Position numbers and translations under genes: made by a program. DNA of 50,969 bases, taken from Candidatus Limnocylindrus sp. GTDB lineage: Bacteria; Chloroflexota; Limnocylindria; Limnocylindrales; Limnocylindraceae. The stretch spans positions 1 through 50,969 of the forward strand of contig JBIJDR010000001.1 of assembly GCA_044343985.1 (NCBI GenBank), written 5' to 3'. The notes beneath the pieces are model-generated. The model made no database searches. It was not told the DNA's origin and saw only the letters and a list, made by a program, of their open reading frames with translations. Below are positions 18,386-32,041 of this stretch, in pieces (position 1 is the first letter of the stretch; every line of letters starts with the position of its first letter).

Positions 18386-20307
18386 GTCGCGCGCTGCTCC
18401 TCCGTTTCACTGCGACGCTTCTTCTTGTCGCATCAAGCGCCGGCTGCTCGGTGCTGAGCGCAGGAACCCTCCGTGTTGCGGTCGTTGATGAGCCGCTTAA
18501 CCTCAGCGCGGCATACCTTGATGAGTCGTCTGCGCTAGTCGGGGGCCTCGTTCAGGCTGGCCTCTACCGTCCCGATGCTGCCTTTCGCCCGCAGCCCCTG
18601 CTGGCGGACGATGAGCCTGAGATCTCTGCGGGCGGGACCACTTGGAGTGTCACGCTGAAGACAGGGCTCACCTTTCATGACGGCTCACTTCTCACCTCCG
18701 ATGATGTTGCGTTCACTTATGAACTGGCAAAGAGTGGGCAGTGCCCTCTTGCCGCCGACATCTGCGACCTCGTTCGGACGCGACTCGAATCCGTTGAGGC
18801 TGATGGCGGACAGCGTGTGACGTTCCGTCTTATTGGTAGTTGGGCGCCGTGGGGTACACGTGGCCTGACCATTCCAATTCTGTCGAAGGCAGCTCTGGAG
18901 CGATCGCTTGATCGATTCCGCGACAGCGTCAAGGAGGCGGATCGGAGCCTCATCACGTTGGCGCGAGAGAACCTTGTCGCAGAACTTGACGCCACCTCCT
19001 GCGGCGTCGTTGGGACGAGTCCCTGTGAATATGCGCCGCTGATTCCCCAGCTTGAGCGCACGTTGAGCCAGGCGGGCCTCTCACTTCCAGATCCACGTAT
19101 CTTCCCCGCGCCAAACGGAGGCGCTCAGGGGGGTGCAGCACGTAATGATGAGGCGTATGCGAAGGATCTGTTTGGTCGCCTGACGCGGCTAGAGTCATAC
19201 CTTCTTGCGCCCGCTGAGAGTCAACTTCAGATTGCCTATCCGTTGCTTGATGCACAGCTGATCCCGATTGGCGCTGGTCCGTATATGTTTGCGGAGCGAA
19301 CACCAGGGGAGCGCCTCTCTCTTGAGAGCTTTAGTAGGTTTGCCCTTGGAGCGCCGGCAATAAAGCGCGTCGTGGTCACGAGGTATGCGACCCAGGCCGG
19401 CGCGATCAGCGCCTTCCAGTCCTCGCAAATTGACTGGATTCCGAATCTCAGCGCGGCAAGTGTTGCGGGCCTGCAGGTGCGCAGCGACGCGAAGATGCTG
19501 AAGGCCCCTTCATCCCGCGGGTACCTCTTCCTTGCATTCAACATGCGACCGGGACGACCGTTCGCCGATGCGATCGTGCGTACTGCGTTGAGCACGTGTG
19601 TGGACCTCCCCTCGATTATCAGCGAGGCGGCGGGGGATAGTGGGATCCCAATCAGCAGCACCGTTGCGCCGAACTCATGGGCAGTGCAATCGTCAGCACC
19701 TCCTGAGGCGGTTCGTAATACTGCGGGGGCTCGCGCCTCCCTCCTTACAGACGGGTGGACCGAAGAGAGCGATGGAGTCTTTGCCAGGCTCGGGAGTCGA
19801 CTTGAGGCAACGATCCTTGTGCGCGATGGGCAGGGTGCTCGGACCAGTGCAGCACAGCTGATTGCGGACCAGGCGGCAGAGTGTGGCTTCTCCTTGACGG
19901 TCTCCGCAGAGGCCTATACGAGTGAGATTCTTCCAAGGCTGCGCTACCCGAACGATTTTGATGCATACATCGGTAGCTGGCAGTGGAGCCTTGACCCAGA
20001 CGACAGTGATCTCTTCAGTTCTGCAGCCTGCCCAACTGAGGAGTCGCCAGCGGGGAAGAACTTTGCCTGCTGGCAGAGCGGAAGCGCGGATAGTCTCTTG
20101 CGCCAAGGACTGGGCTCTGCAAGCGAGAGCGTGCGCGCTCCTCTCTACGCTGAGTTCCAAGCGCTTCGACGCAGTGAGCGGCCATATCTGCTCCTCTGGG
20201 CTGACGCTGGTTATACGTTGCTCTCCAGTGGCATCAGCTGGCCAACAGCAGAGAGTGACGTGAACAGTCCGCTCTACGCATGGTCAATTGAATCCTGGAG
20301 CAACTGA
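18382..20307 (+). CDS. ABC-transporter family 5 solute-binding lipoprotein (peptide/nickel-type), orphan
   Basis: 641-aa ORF with an ATGA overlap on gcvH. It has a lipoprotein signal with lipobox (LLLVASSAGCSV). A family-5 SBP signature region is present (LKTGLTFHDGSLLTSDDVAFTYE, GAGPYMFAE). No permease or ATPase genes are adjacent. Confidence 0.85.
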   Translation: MSRALLLRFTATLLLVASSAGCSVLSAGTLRVAVVDEPLNLSAAYLDESSALVGGLVQAGLYRPDAAFRPQPLLADDEPEISAGGTTWSVTLKTGLTFHDGSLLTSDDVAFTYELAKSGQCPLAADICDLVRTRLESVEADGGQRVTFRLIGSWAPWGTRGLTIPILSKAALERSLDRFRDSVKEADRSLITLARENLVAELDATSCGVVGTSPCEYAPLIPQLERTLSQAGLSLPDPRIFPAPNGGAQGGAARNDEAYAKDLFGRLTRLESYLLAPAESQLQIAYPLLDAQLIPIGAGPYMFAERTPGERLSLESFSRFALGAPAIKRVVVTRYATQAGAISAFQSSQIDWIPNLSAASVAGLQVRSDAKMLKAPSSRGYLFLAFNMRPGRPFADAIVRTALSTCVDLPSIISEAAGDSGIPISSTVAPNSWAVQSSAPPEAVRNTAGARASLLTDGWTEESDGVFARLGSRLEATILVRDGQGARTSAAQLIADQAAECGFSLTVSAEAYTSEILPRLRYPNDFDAYIGSWQWSLDPDDSDLFSSAACPTEESPAGKNFACWQSGSADSLLRQGLGSASESVRAPLYAEFQALRRSERPYLLLWADAGYTLLSSGISWPTAESDVNSPLYAWSIESWSN

Positions 20308-20313
20308 TATTAT
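20308..20313 (+). promoter_or_regulatory. candidate -10 box (TATTAT) for nadE
   Basis: TATTAT starts 1 nt after the SBP stop codon, in an unusually AT-rich 51-nt gap. The predicted start site is near 20320, giving a ~39-nt leader that holds the direct repeats and an AAGGAGG Shine-Dalgarno. Confidence 0.4.
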
Positions 20314-20321
20314 CGTCTGAG

Positions 20322-20347
20322 CACAGTGCATATGGACACAGTGCATA
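20322..20347 (+). repeat. tandem direct repeat CACAGTGCATA x2 (15-bp period) in the nadE leader
   Basis: The two perfect 11-nt copies are at 20322-20332 and 20337-20347. They sit between the candidate -10 and the AAGGAGG Shine-Dalgarno (20347-20353). Each copy contains a TGCA palindromic core. Confidence 0.7.
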
Positions 20348-20358
20348 AGGAGGCTCAA

Positions 20359-21171
20359 ATGAGTGGTGCTGGCGCGGTACAGATCCCAAGCGAGCTGGAC
20401 ATTGACCTAGAGGTGGTGCGGGACATCTGCCGCACCTTCATTCAGGAGCAGTTCAAGAAGATCGGCGCGAGGAACGCAATCCTTGGACTCTCGGGAGGCA
20501 TTGATTCGGCACTTGTGGGCTTTTTGACGGCGGATGCGCTCGGCGCGGATCGACTACGCACCTATATACTGCCGTACCGAACATCTGCACCAACATCTCG
20601 GACCGATGCGCTCGCGGTCGCCGCAGCTCTCGGCTGTAGCGTTGAAGAGATTGAGATCAGCCCGGCGCTCGACGCCGTAGAGGCGGCTCTACCAGCTGGC
20701 GCTGAGTTCAGCCCAATTCGTCGCGGCAACATTGCCGCCCGCCTCCGCATGATTACCCTGTACGACCAGTCTGCGCGCTACGACGGTCTGGTGATGGGGA
20801 CGGGGAATAAGACAGAGGCGATGATCGGGTACACCACGCTTCATGGCGATGCTGCGTGCGCCATCAATCCGATTGGCGACCTCTACAAGAGCCAGGTCCG
20901 TGCGCTTGCTGCGCACCTTGGCGTTCCAGAAGCGATCCTCACCAAGGCTCCGAGCGCCGATCTCTGGCCAGGGCAGACCGACGAAGGGGAGGGGGGCTTT
21001 GATTATCCAACGCTCGACCGCATCCTTCTCCGCCTCGTAGACCAGAAGAAGAGTGCCGCTGCAGTTGCTGCTGACGGCTTTGATGCTGAGCTTGTGGCAA
21101 AGGTGCAGGGGATGATGGCGCGCTCGCAGTTTAAGCGCGAGATGCCACCCTTCCCGAAAATCTCCGCGTAG
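20359..21171 (+). CDS. nadE: ammonia-dependent NAD+ synthetase
   Basis: The tracked ORF starts at a GTG at 20326. The ATG at 20359 has a perfect AAGGAGG 5 nt upstream. The PP-loop motif LGLSGGIDSALV is present, together with MGTGNKTEAMIGYTTLHGD and DLYKSQV. Confidence 0.92.
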   Translation: MSGAGAVQIPSELDIDLEVVRDICRTFIQEQFKKIGARNAILGLSGGIDSALVGFLTADALGADRLRTYILPYRTSAPTSRTDALAVAAALGCSVEEIEISPALDAVEAALPAGAEFSPIRRGNIAARLRMITLYDQSARYDGLVMGTGNKTEAMIGYTTLHGDAACAINPIGDLYKSQVRALAAHLGVPEAILTKAPSADLWPGQTDEGEGGFDYPTLDRILLRLVDQKKSAAAVAADGFDAELVAKVQGMMARSQFKREMPPFPKISA

Positions 21172-21200
21172 CGGCGCGACGTCCGCAGCCCACGCTCAAA

Positions 21201-22112
21201 ATGAGTGACGCGCGCGGGGGTGGTGCAACGCCTGGCGCGCTGCACATCGTCGCAACGCCGATCGGAAATCTCGCCGACCTCTCTCCTCGCGCTATCGCGG
21301 TCTTGCGGGAGGTGCGCGCCATCATCGCGGAAGACTCGCGTGTTGCGCGCGTGCTCCTGTCATCGATTGACGTAACGAGCGAGCTCATCTCCCTCCCTGG
21401 ATTTGATGAGGTGGAGCGAACACTGCCGCTTATCGAACGTTTAAAGCGAGGAGATGCACTGGCGCTGATCAGTGATGCTGGAACACCCCTCATTAGCGAT
21501 CCCGGTCAACACCTCGTTCGTGCGGCGATCTCAGCGGGCATTCGAGTGATTCCGATCCCTGGCGCATCTGCCGTTCTCGCCGCGCTTGTCGCCTCTGGCG
21601 TTACCGGTGCGCGATGGAGCTTTGAGGGTTTCCTTCCGCGCGGTGGGACTGATCGTCGCCGTGTGATCGGCGCGATTGCTGCCGATGAACGAGCAACCGT
21701 GATCTATGAAGCGGGTGGCCGCGTCCTTGAGACGCTCCGTGATCTTGCCAGCGCATGTGGTGGCACTCGAAGCGTTGCGCTCTGTCGCGAGCTGACCAAA
21801 CTACATGAAGAGGTGCGACGCGGAAGCTTAGAAGAGGTTGCGTTGGCTGTTGAGCGCGGCGAAGTTGATGGCCGTGGCGAGTTTGTCATTGTGCTTGGAG
21901 AGACGAGTGACGTCGCTGCGTCTGCAGATGCAGGCGGCGCATACCCCGCTGCGCTTGCGGCGGTAGAGGTGCGTGTTGCCGCGGGCGCATCACGTAGTGA
22001 TGCGATACGAAGCATTGCAGCAGAGTGGGGGCTTGAGCGCCGCCGCCTCTGGGCTGCAGCACACGGCGACGCGACCGAGGGCGGCGATCCGCTCGGTCGC
22101 GCCGACGACTAG
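21201..22112 (+). CDS. rsmI: 16S rRNA (cytidine1402-2'-O)-methyltransferase RsmI
   Basis: 303-aa ORF with the tetrapyrrole-methylase-fold N-terminus LHIVATPIGNLADLSPRA. It also has AEDSR, SDAGTPLISDPG, IPGASA and CRELTKLHEE. Confidence 0.9.
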   Translation: MSDARGGGATPGALHIVATPIGNLADLSPRAIAVLREVRAIIAEDSRVARVLLSSIDVTSELISLPGFDEVERTLPLIERLKRGDALALISDAGTPLISDPGQHLVRAAISAGIRVIPIPGASAVLAALVASGVTGARWSFEGFLPRGGTDRRRVIGAIAADERATVIYEAGGRVLETLRDLASACGGTRSVALCRELTKLHEEVRRGSLEEVALAVERGEVDGRGEFVIVLGETSDVAASADAGGAYPAALAAVEVRVAAGASRSDAIRSIAAEWGLERRRLWAAAHGDATEGGDPLGRADD

Positions 22113-22504
22113 GAGCGCACTGGCGCGATCTCCTCGCCGTACTCTGCCTCTCCAAGGTCCGTTGGCTCCGCACCATCTGCGACCGGATCCGCGCTCTGTG
22201 GCTTCGGGCCGAGGAACTCGAGCCTGTTGACGATGACCTCCGTCATCCAGCGTCGTGAGCCTTCGCTCTCCCATTCATGAGTCTTCAGTCGCCCGTCTAT
22301 GGAGACGAGCGAGCCCGCCTGCAGGTGGGCCGCCGCAATCTCAGCGAGCTTCTCCCAGAAGACGAGGCGGTGAAACTCAGTGCGCTCCTCTCCGCCTCGG
22401 AAGTCGTGGCTTGCCAGACTCCCCACCGCAACCTTGCTCCCAGACGGGAGTGACTTAATCTCGACCGGCTTGGTCATCCGACCCGCCAGCATCACCTTGT
22501 TCAT
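22109..22504 (-). CDS. ssb: single-stranded DNA-binding protein (OB fold), non-canonical C-terminal tip
   Basis: 131-aa ORF preceded by GAGGAG. OB-fold pattern present: MNKVMLAGRMTKPVEIK...TEFHRLVFWEKLAEI...GSLVSIDGRLKTHEWE...RWMTEVIV. The acidic tail ends ...GEAEYGEEIAPVRS rather than D-D-D-I/L-P-F. Its stop overlaps the rsmI stop (shared CTAG). Confidence 0.88.
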   Translation of the reverse strand: MNKVMLAGRMTKPVEIKSLPSGSKVAVGSLASHDFRGGEERTEFHRLVFWEKLAEIAAAHLQAGSLVSIDGRLKTHEWESEGSRRWMTEVIVNRLEFLGPKPQSADPVADGAEPTDLGEAEYGEEIAPVRS

Positions 22505-22623
22505 ATGAGCTCCTCTCCCGGCACCGCCCCCAAGGTCCCTCCCTGGGCTTCAGCCGCGCCGTGTCAGGCGAGGGTGCCCCTCGCCGCGTACGGCGGGCGT
22601 ATCGTGTGCGACACTCCAACGCG

Positions 22624-24252
22624 ATGCGGTACTACCTGACAACGGCCATCGCCTACGCCAACAACAAGCCTGGACTGCACACGCTCTATGAGGTGATCGG
22701 GGCGGATGTGATCGCGCGTTGGCGACGCATGGGGGGCGAGGAAGTGCGCTTCCTCACGGGGACCGATGAGTACTCGGTCAATATCGCCGCGCGTGCAGAA
22801 GAGGAGGGGCTGACCCCGAAGGCGTTCGTTGACAAAAACGTCGCCCTCTTCCAAGAGAGCGAAGCGCTCCTTCTGATCACCCCAGATCGATTCATTCGCA
22901 CCACCGATGCCGACCACACGCTCGCAGCTCAGGAGATGGTGCGCCGCTCATTCGCCGCTGGCGACATCTATCTCGGCACGTACGAGGGCTGGTACTGCCC
23001 CAACGAAGGGTTCCGCGCTGAAGGCGATGTGGTGAAAGAGGGGGGCGAGAGCGTCTGCCCGAATCATCCCGGTGTGCCGCTGCAGTGGCTCAAGGAGCGG
23101 AACTGGTTCTTCCGACTGAGCGCCTACCAGGAGCGACTTGAGGCCTGGCTGACGCAAGATCCATCGCCTGTTCAGCCTGAGTACCGCCGCAACGAGATGC
23201 TCGGATTTATTCGGCAGGGTCTTGAAGACTTCTCCATCAGTCGTGAGGGTGCAACCTGGGGGATTCCGTTCCCGATTCGCGAGGATGGGAGCAGCGCGCT
23301 TCACGCGGACGGCAGCGGCGATCCAACCGCTGGAACGATCTATGTCTGGTACGACGCGCTCATCAACTATCTCACTGGCGCCGGCTTCCCAGCGGATCCG
23401 AAGGGTGCGCCATGGTGGCCCGCAGATCTGCACATCATCGGCAAGGACATCAATCGATTCCACTCGGTCTTCTGGCCGGCGATGCTCTGGAGTGCGGGCC
23501 TTGAGGCGCCGAAGCGCATCTGGGTGCACGGCTGGCTCCTCTCGAGCGGTGAGCGGATGAGTAAGAGCCGCGGCAACTTCCTCGATCCGAATAGCGCCGT
23601 TGCAGCGCTCGGCGCGGATGGTGCGCGCTTCGTTGCGCTGCGCGAGGTTCCGTTTGATGGCGATGGTGAGGTGAGCTGGGACTCGATCATTCGTCGCTAT
23701 AACTCCGAGCTCGCGAATGACTTTGGCAACCTTGTGAATCGCGCAACGACGATGGCGAGCCGCGCGTTCGGTGCAGAGGCCCCAGCACCGCGTTCGGCGG
23801 CAGCGGCGCCGCTTGCAACCGAGTGGGAGTCGGCGCGTAAAAAGAGCGAGACGGCGATGGAGGGGCTCGCGCTGCATCATTGGATCGGCGCACTCTGGGA
23901 GTTCGTGGGTGCGGCAAACAGATTTGTTGATACGGAGAAGCCGTGGGAGTTGGCGAAGGCGGCGAAGGGTGGAGATGAGGCGGCGCGCGAGCAACTTGCT
24001 GGCGTCCTTGGCGACCTTCTTGAGGCTTGTCGACTCGTTGCGCTCTATGCGGCGCCCGTGATTCCTGAGACGGCGGAGAAGATCTGGACGCTTCTCGGTC
24101 ACCCGTGGCCGTATGACGCCGCTGGTCACGGGGGTCAGACGCGCGCGGCACTCGGAGGGTGGGGGAGCGTTGCCGCAACAGGAGCACTCGGCGAACCGGT
24201 GCCACTCTTCCCGCGACTTGAAACAGATGAGCAGCCGACCTCCGCTGACTGA
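22624..24252 (+). CDS. metG: methionyl-tRNA synthetase (short form without a C-terminal tRNA-binding appendix); HIGH motif divergent
   Basis: The tracked ORF starts at 22561. The conserved N-terminus MRYYLTTAIAYANN... begins at the ATG at 22624. Strong MetRS pattern: FLTGTDE, FIRTTD, YEGWYC, NWFFRLS, YVWYDALINYLTGAGFP, HIIGKDINRFHSVFWPAML and KMSKS as RMSKSRGN. The HxGH position reads GLHT. Confidence 0.9.
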   Translation: MRYYLTTAIAYANNKPGLHTLYEVIGADVIARWRRMGGEEVRFLTGTDEYSVNIAARAEEEGLTPKAFVDKNVALFQESEALLLITPDRFIRTTDADHTLAAQEMVRRSFAAGDIYLGTYEGWYCPNEGFRAEGDVVKEGGESVCPNHPGVPLQWLKERNWFFRLSAYQERLEAWLTQDPSPVQPEYRRNEMLGFIRQGLEDFSISREGATWGIPFPIREDGSSALHADGSGDPTAGTIYVWYDALINYLTGAGFPADPKGAPWWPADLHIIGKDINRFHSVFWPAMLWSAGLEAPKRIWVHGWLLSSGERMSKSRGNFLDPNSAVAALGADGARFVALREVPFDGDGEVSWDSIIRRYNSELANDFGNLVNRATTMASRAFGAEAPAPRSAAAAPLATEWESARKKSETAMEGLALHHWIGALWEFVGAANRFVDTEKPWELAKAAKGGDEAAREQLAGVLGDLLEACRLVALYAAPVIPETAEKIWTLLGHPWPYDAAGHGGQTRAALGGWGSVAATGALGEPVPLFPRLETDEQPTSAD

Positions 24253-25072
24253 CGCGCACGGCCATCTGCAGGCCGACCGCTTTGATGCCGATCGCGGCGA
24301 GGTGATCGCACGCCTGCGTGATGCTGGGATGACGCGCCTCCTGATCCCGTCATGGAGCGTTGCGAGTTCGCAGGGTGCGGTAGAGATTGCGCGCGAGCAC
24401 AACTGGATGGATGCGGCGATCGGGATCCATCCGCATCACGCCACAGATGAGGCGAGTCAGCGTGCCGCCCTTTTGGCGCGTGCCGCTGAGCCCGAGATCG
24501 TGGCGATCGGAGAGACAGGCATTGATACAAAACGCAACTACGCGCCGCTCGCAGATCAGATTGCAAACTTTGAGGCGCACATTGAGGTTGCCGTGCAGCT
24601 CGGGAAGCCGCTGATCCTCCACTGTCGCTCCGCGGGGGACGGCGACGATGCCCAGCGCCAGCTGATCAAGACACTCAAGGAGTCGCCGATCGGCGCTCCT
24701 GGCGGTGCCGCCACGTTTGGTGGGAGAGCGCCCTTCATCTTGCACAGCGCGTCGGGGAGCCAGGGCTACATTGAGGACGGGCTCGCACTCGGCGGGCTCA
24801 TCTCGCTCTCTGGACTCGTCTTCCGCCCAGAGGAGCGCGCCACGGCGGAGTGGATTCGAGCGGTTCCTGCCGACCGGCTGCTGACGGAGACGGATGCGCC
24901 GTGGCTGACGATGCCCGGAGCCCCCGATCCAAGTCGCAATGAGCCGGCGAATGTCGCCTTCACGTTGACCTGGATCGCTGAGCGTCGTGGCGAAGCGGTG
25001 GACGATCTCGCGGCGGCGATCAGCGCCACCTACGACCGTGCCTTTCCGCGTCACCGGCCACGCTCAGACTGA
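24227..25072 (+). CDS. tatD: TatD-family metal-dependent hydrolase/DNase
   Basis: The tracked ORF starts at 24113 inside metG. The ATG at 24227 gives MSSRPPLTDAHGHLQ, the TatD D.H.HL start. AIGETGID, ILHCR and TETDAPWL motifs are present. metG-tatD adjacency is a conserved arrangement. Confidence 0.9.
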   Translation: MSSRPPLTDAHGHLQADRFDADRGEVIARLRDAGMTRLLIPSWSVASSQGAVEIAREHNWMDAAIGIHPHHATDEASQRAALLARAAEPEIVAIGETGIDTKRNYAPLADQIANFEAHIEVAVQLGKPLILHCRSAGDGDDAQRQLIKTLKESPIGAPGGAATFGGRAPFILHSASGSQGYIEDGLALGGLISLSGLVFRPEERATAEWIRAVPADRLLTETDAPWLTMPGAPDPSRNEPANVAFTLTWIAERRGEAVDDLAAAISATYDRAFPRHRPRSD

Positions 25073-25077
25073 GCGTG
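25059..25077. repeat. perfect 19-bp palindrome CACGCTCAG-A-CTGAGCGTG spanning the tatD stop codon
   Basis: The 9-nt arms are exact reverse complements around a single central A. The palindrome includes the tatD TGA (25070-25072) and ends 3 nt before the CIRCE element. Function unknown; it could be a tatD terminator stem or a dimeric-regulator site. Confidence 0.6.
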
Positions 25078-25080
25078 GTG

Positions 25081-25107
25081 TTGGCACTCGGCAGGGGAGA
25101 GTGCTAA
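25081..25107 (+). promoter_or_regulatory. CIRCE operator (HrcA binding site) overlapping a candidate groES promoter
   Basis: TTGGCACTC-N9-GAGTGCTAA matches the CIRCE consensus TTAGCACTC-N9-GAGTGCTAA at 17 of 18 positions, 84 nt upstream of groES. The left arm supplies a -35-like TTGGCA (25081-25086). After an 18-nt spacer, the right arm supplies TGC-TAACAT (-10 at 25105-25110). Confidence 0.85.
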
Positions 25108-25190
25108 CATCGCAGCAAGCGCACGAGCAGTGCGCGCTGTGAGCATCGCAGCGGGCGAGCGCCAAGCTGCCTAGCAGGAGGTCAAACACC

Positions 25191-25490
25191 ATGGCGAAGA
25201 AGGCATCACTCCGACCCCTCGGCGACCGAGTCGTCGTCAAGCCGGTCCCGCGCGACGAGAAGACGGCGAGCGGCATCATCCTTCCGGACACGGCGCAGGA
25301 GAAGCCACAAGAGGGCGAAGTCGTCTCCGTTGGTCCAGGCCGCATCCTTGATGATGGGAAGCGTGAGCCGATCGACGTGAAGGTGGGGGATCGCGTCCTC
25401 CACGCGAAGTACGCCGGCACCGAGTTCAAGCTCGACGGCGCCGAGTACCTGATCGTCGGCGCGAAGGATATCCTCGCGGTCGTCGAATAA
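25191..25490 (+). CDS. groES: co-chaperonin GroES
   Basis: 99-aa ORF with AGGAGG 9 nt upstream. Canonical sequence: [12 protein letters not shown]...[27 protein letters not shown]. Confidence 0.97.
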   Translation: MAKKASLRPLGDRVVVKPVPRDEKTASGIILPDTAQEKPQEGEVVSVGPGRILDDGKREPIDVKVGDRVLHAKYAGTEFKLDGAEYLIVGAKDILAVVE

Positions 25491-25529
25491 CTGAGTTATT
25501 CAGCAGTAGTAAGTAGAGCAAGAAAGTAG

Positions 25530-27164
<1,635 letters not shown>

Positions 27165-27186
27165 TCTCTGATCGTTTCGCAGATCT

Positions 27187-27219
27187 GCGAGGGCTCCCAG
27201 CACGGCTGGGGGCCCTCGC
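27187..27219 (+). terminator. candidate intrinsic terminator hairpin after groEL
   Basis: GCGAGGGCTCCCAGC-ACG-GCTGGGGGCCCTCGC forms a 15-bp GC-rich stem (one G-T wobble) with a 3-nt loop, 23 nt after the groEL stop. There is no clear U-tract afterwards, so Rho-independence is uncertain. Confidence 0.55.
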
Positions 27220-27290
27220 GCTATCTCCGCTCACTTCTGGCTCAAGGGGCGTTGGGGGCACGCCGAGACTGGCGCGTGAGGTGTGGGCGG

Positions 27291-27296
27291 TAGAAT
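27291..27296 (+). promoter_or_regulatory. candidate -10 box (TAGAAT) exactly 6 nt upstream of the pcrA GTG (leaderless-type)
   Basis: The arrangement is TAGAAT-CAACCG-GTG. There is no Shine-Dalgarno between the hexamer and the start codon. Confidence 0.5.
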
Positions 27297-27302
27297 CAAC
27301 CG

Positions 27303-32032
<4,730 letters not shown>

Positions 32033-32041
32033 AATTCCCGC

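Noticed and set aside
22505-22623. T-box or other large leader RNA upstream of metG.
   Set aside because: The whole divergent gap is 119 nt and also has to hold the ssb promoter and Shine-Dalgarno. That is too short for a T-box, and no specifier-loop or T-box sequence is visible.
22948-24402. Very long antisense ORFs: 484 aa opposite metG/tatD. Similar cases are 47873-48913, 47089-47943, 38677-39573, 6136-7011 and 44560-45321 on the minus strand.
   Set aside because: All lie antisense to, or out of frame within, genes with unmistakable conserved products. Their translations are Arg/Pro/Ala/Ser-rich low-complexity strings typical of stop-poor alternative frames in GC-rich DNA. I recognise no motifs in them.
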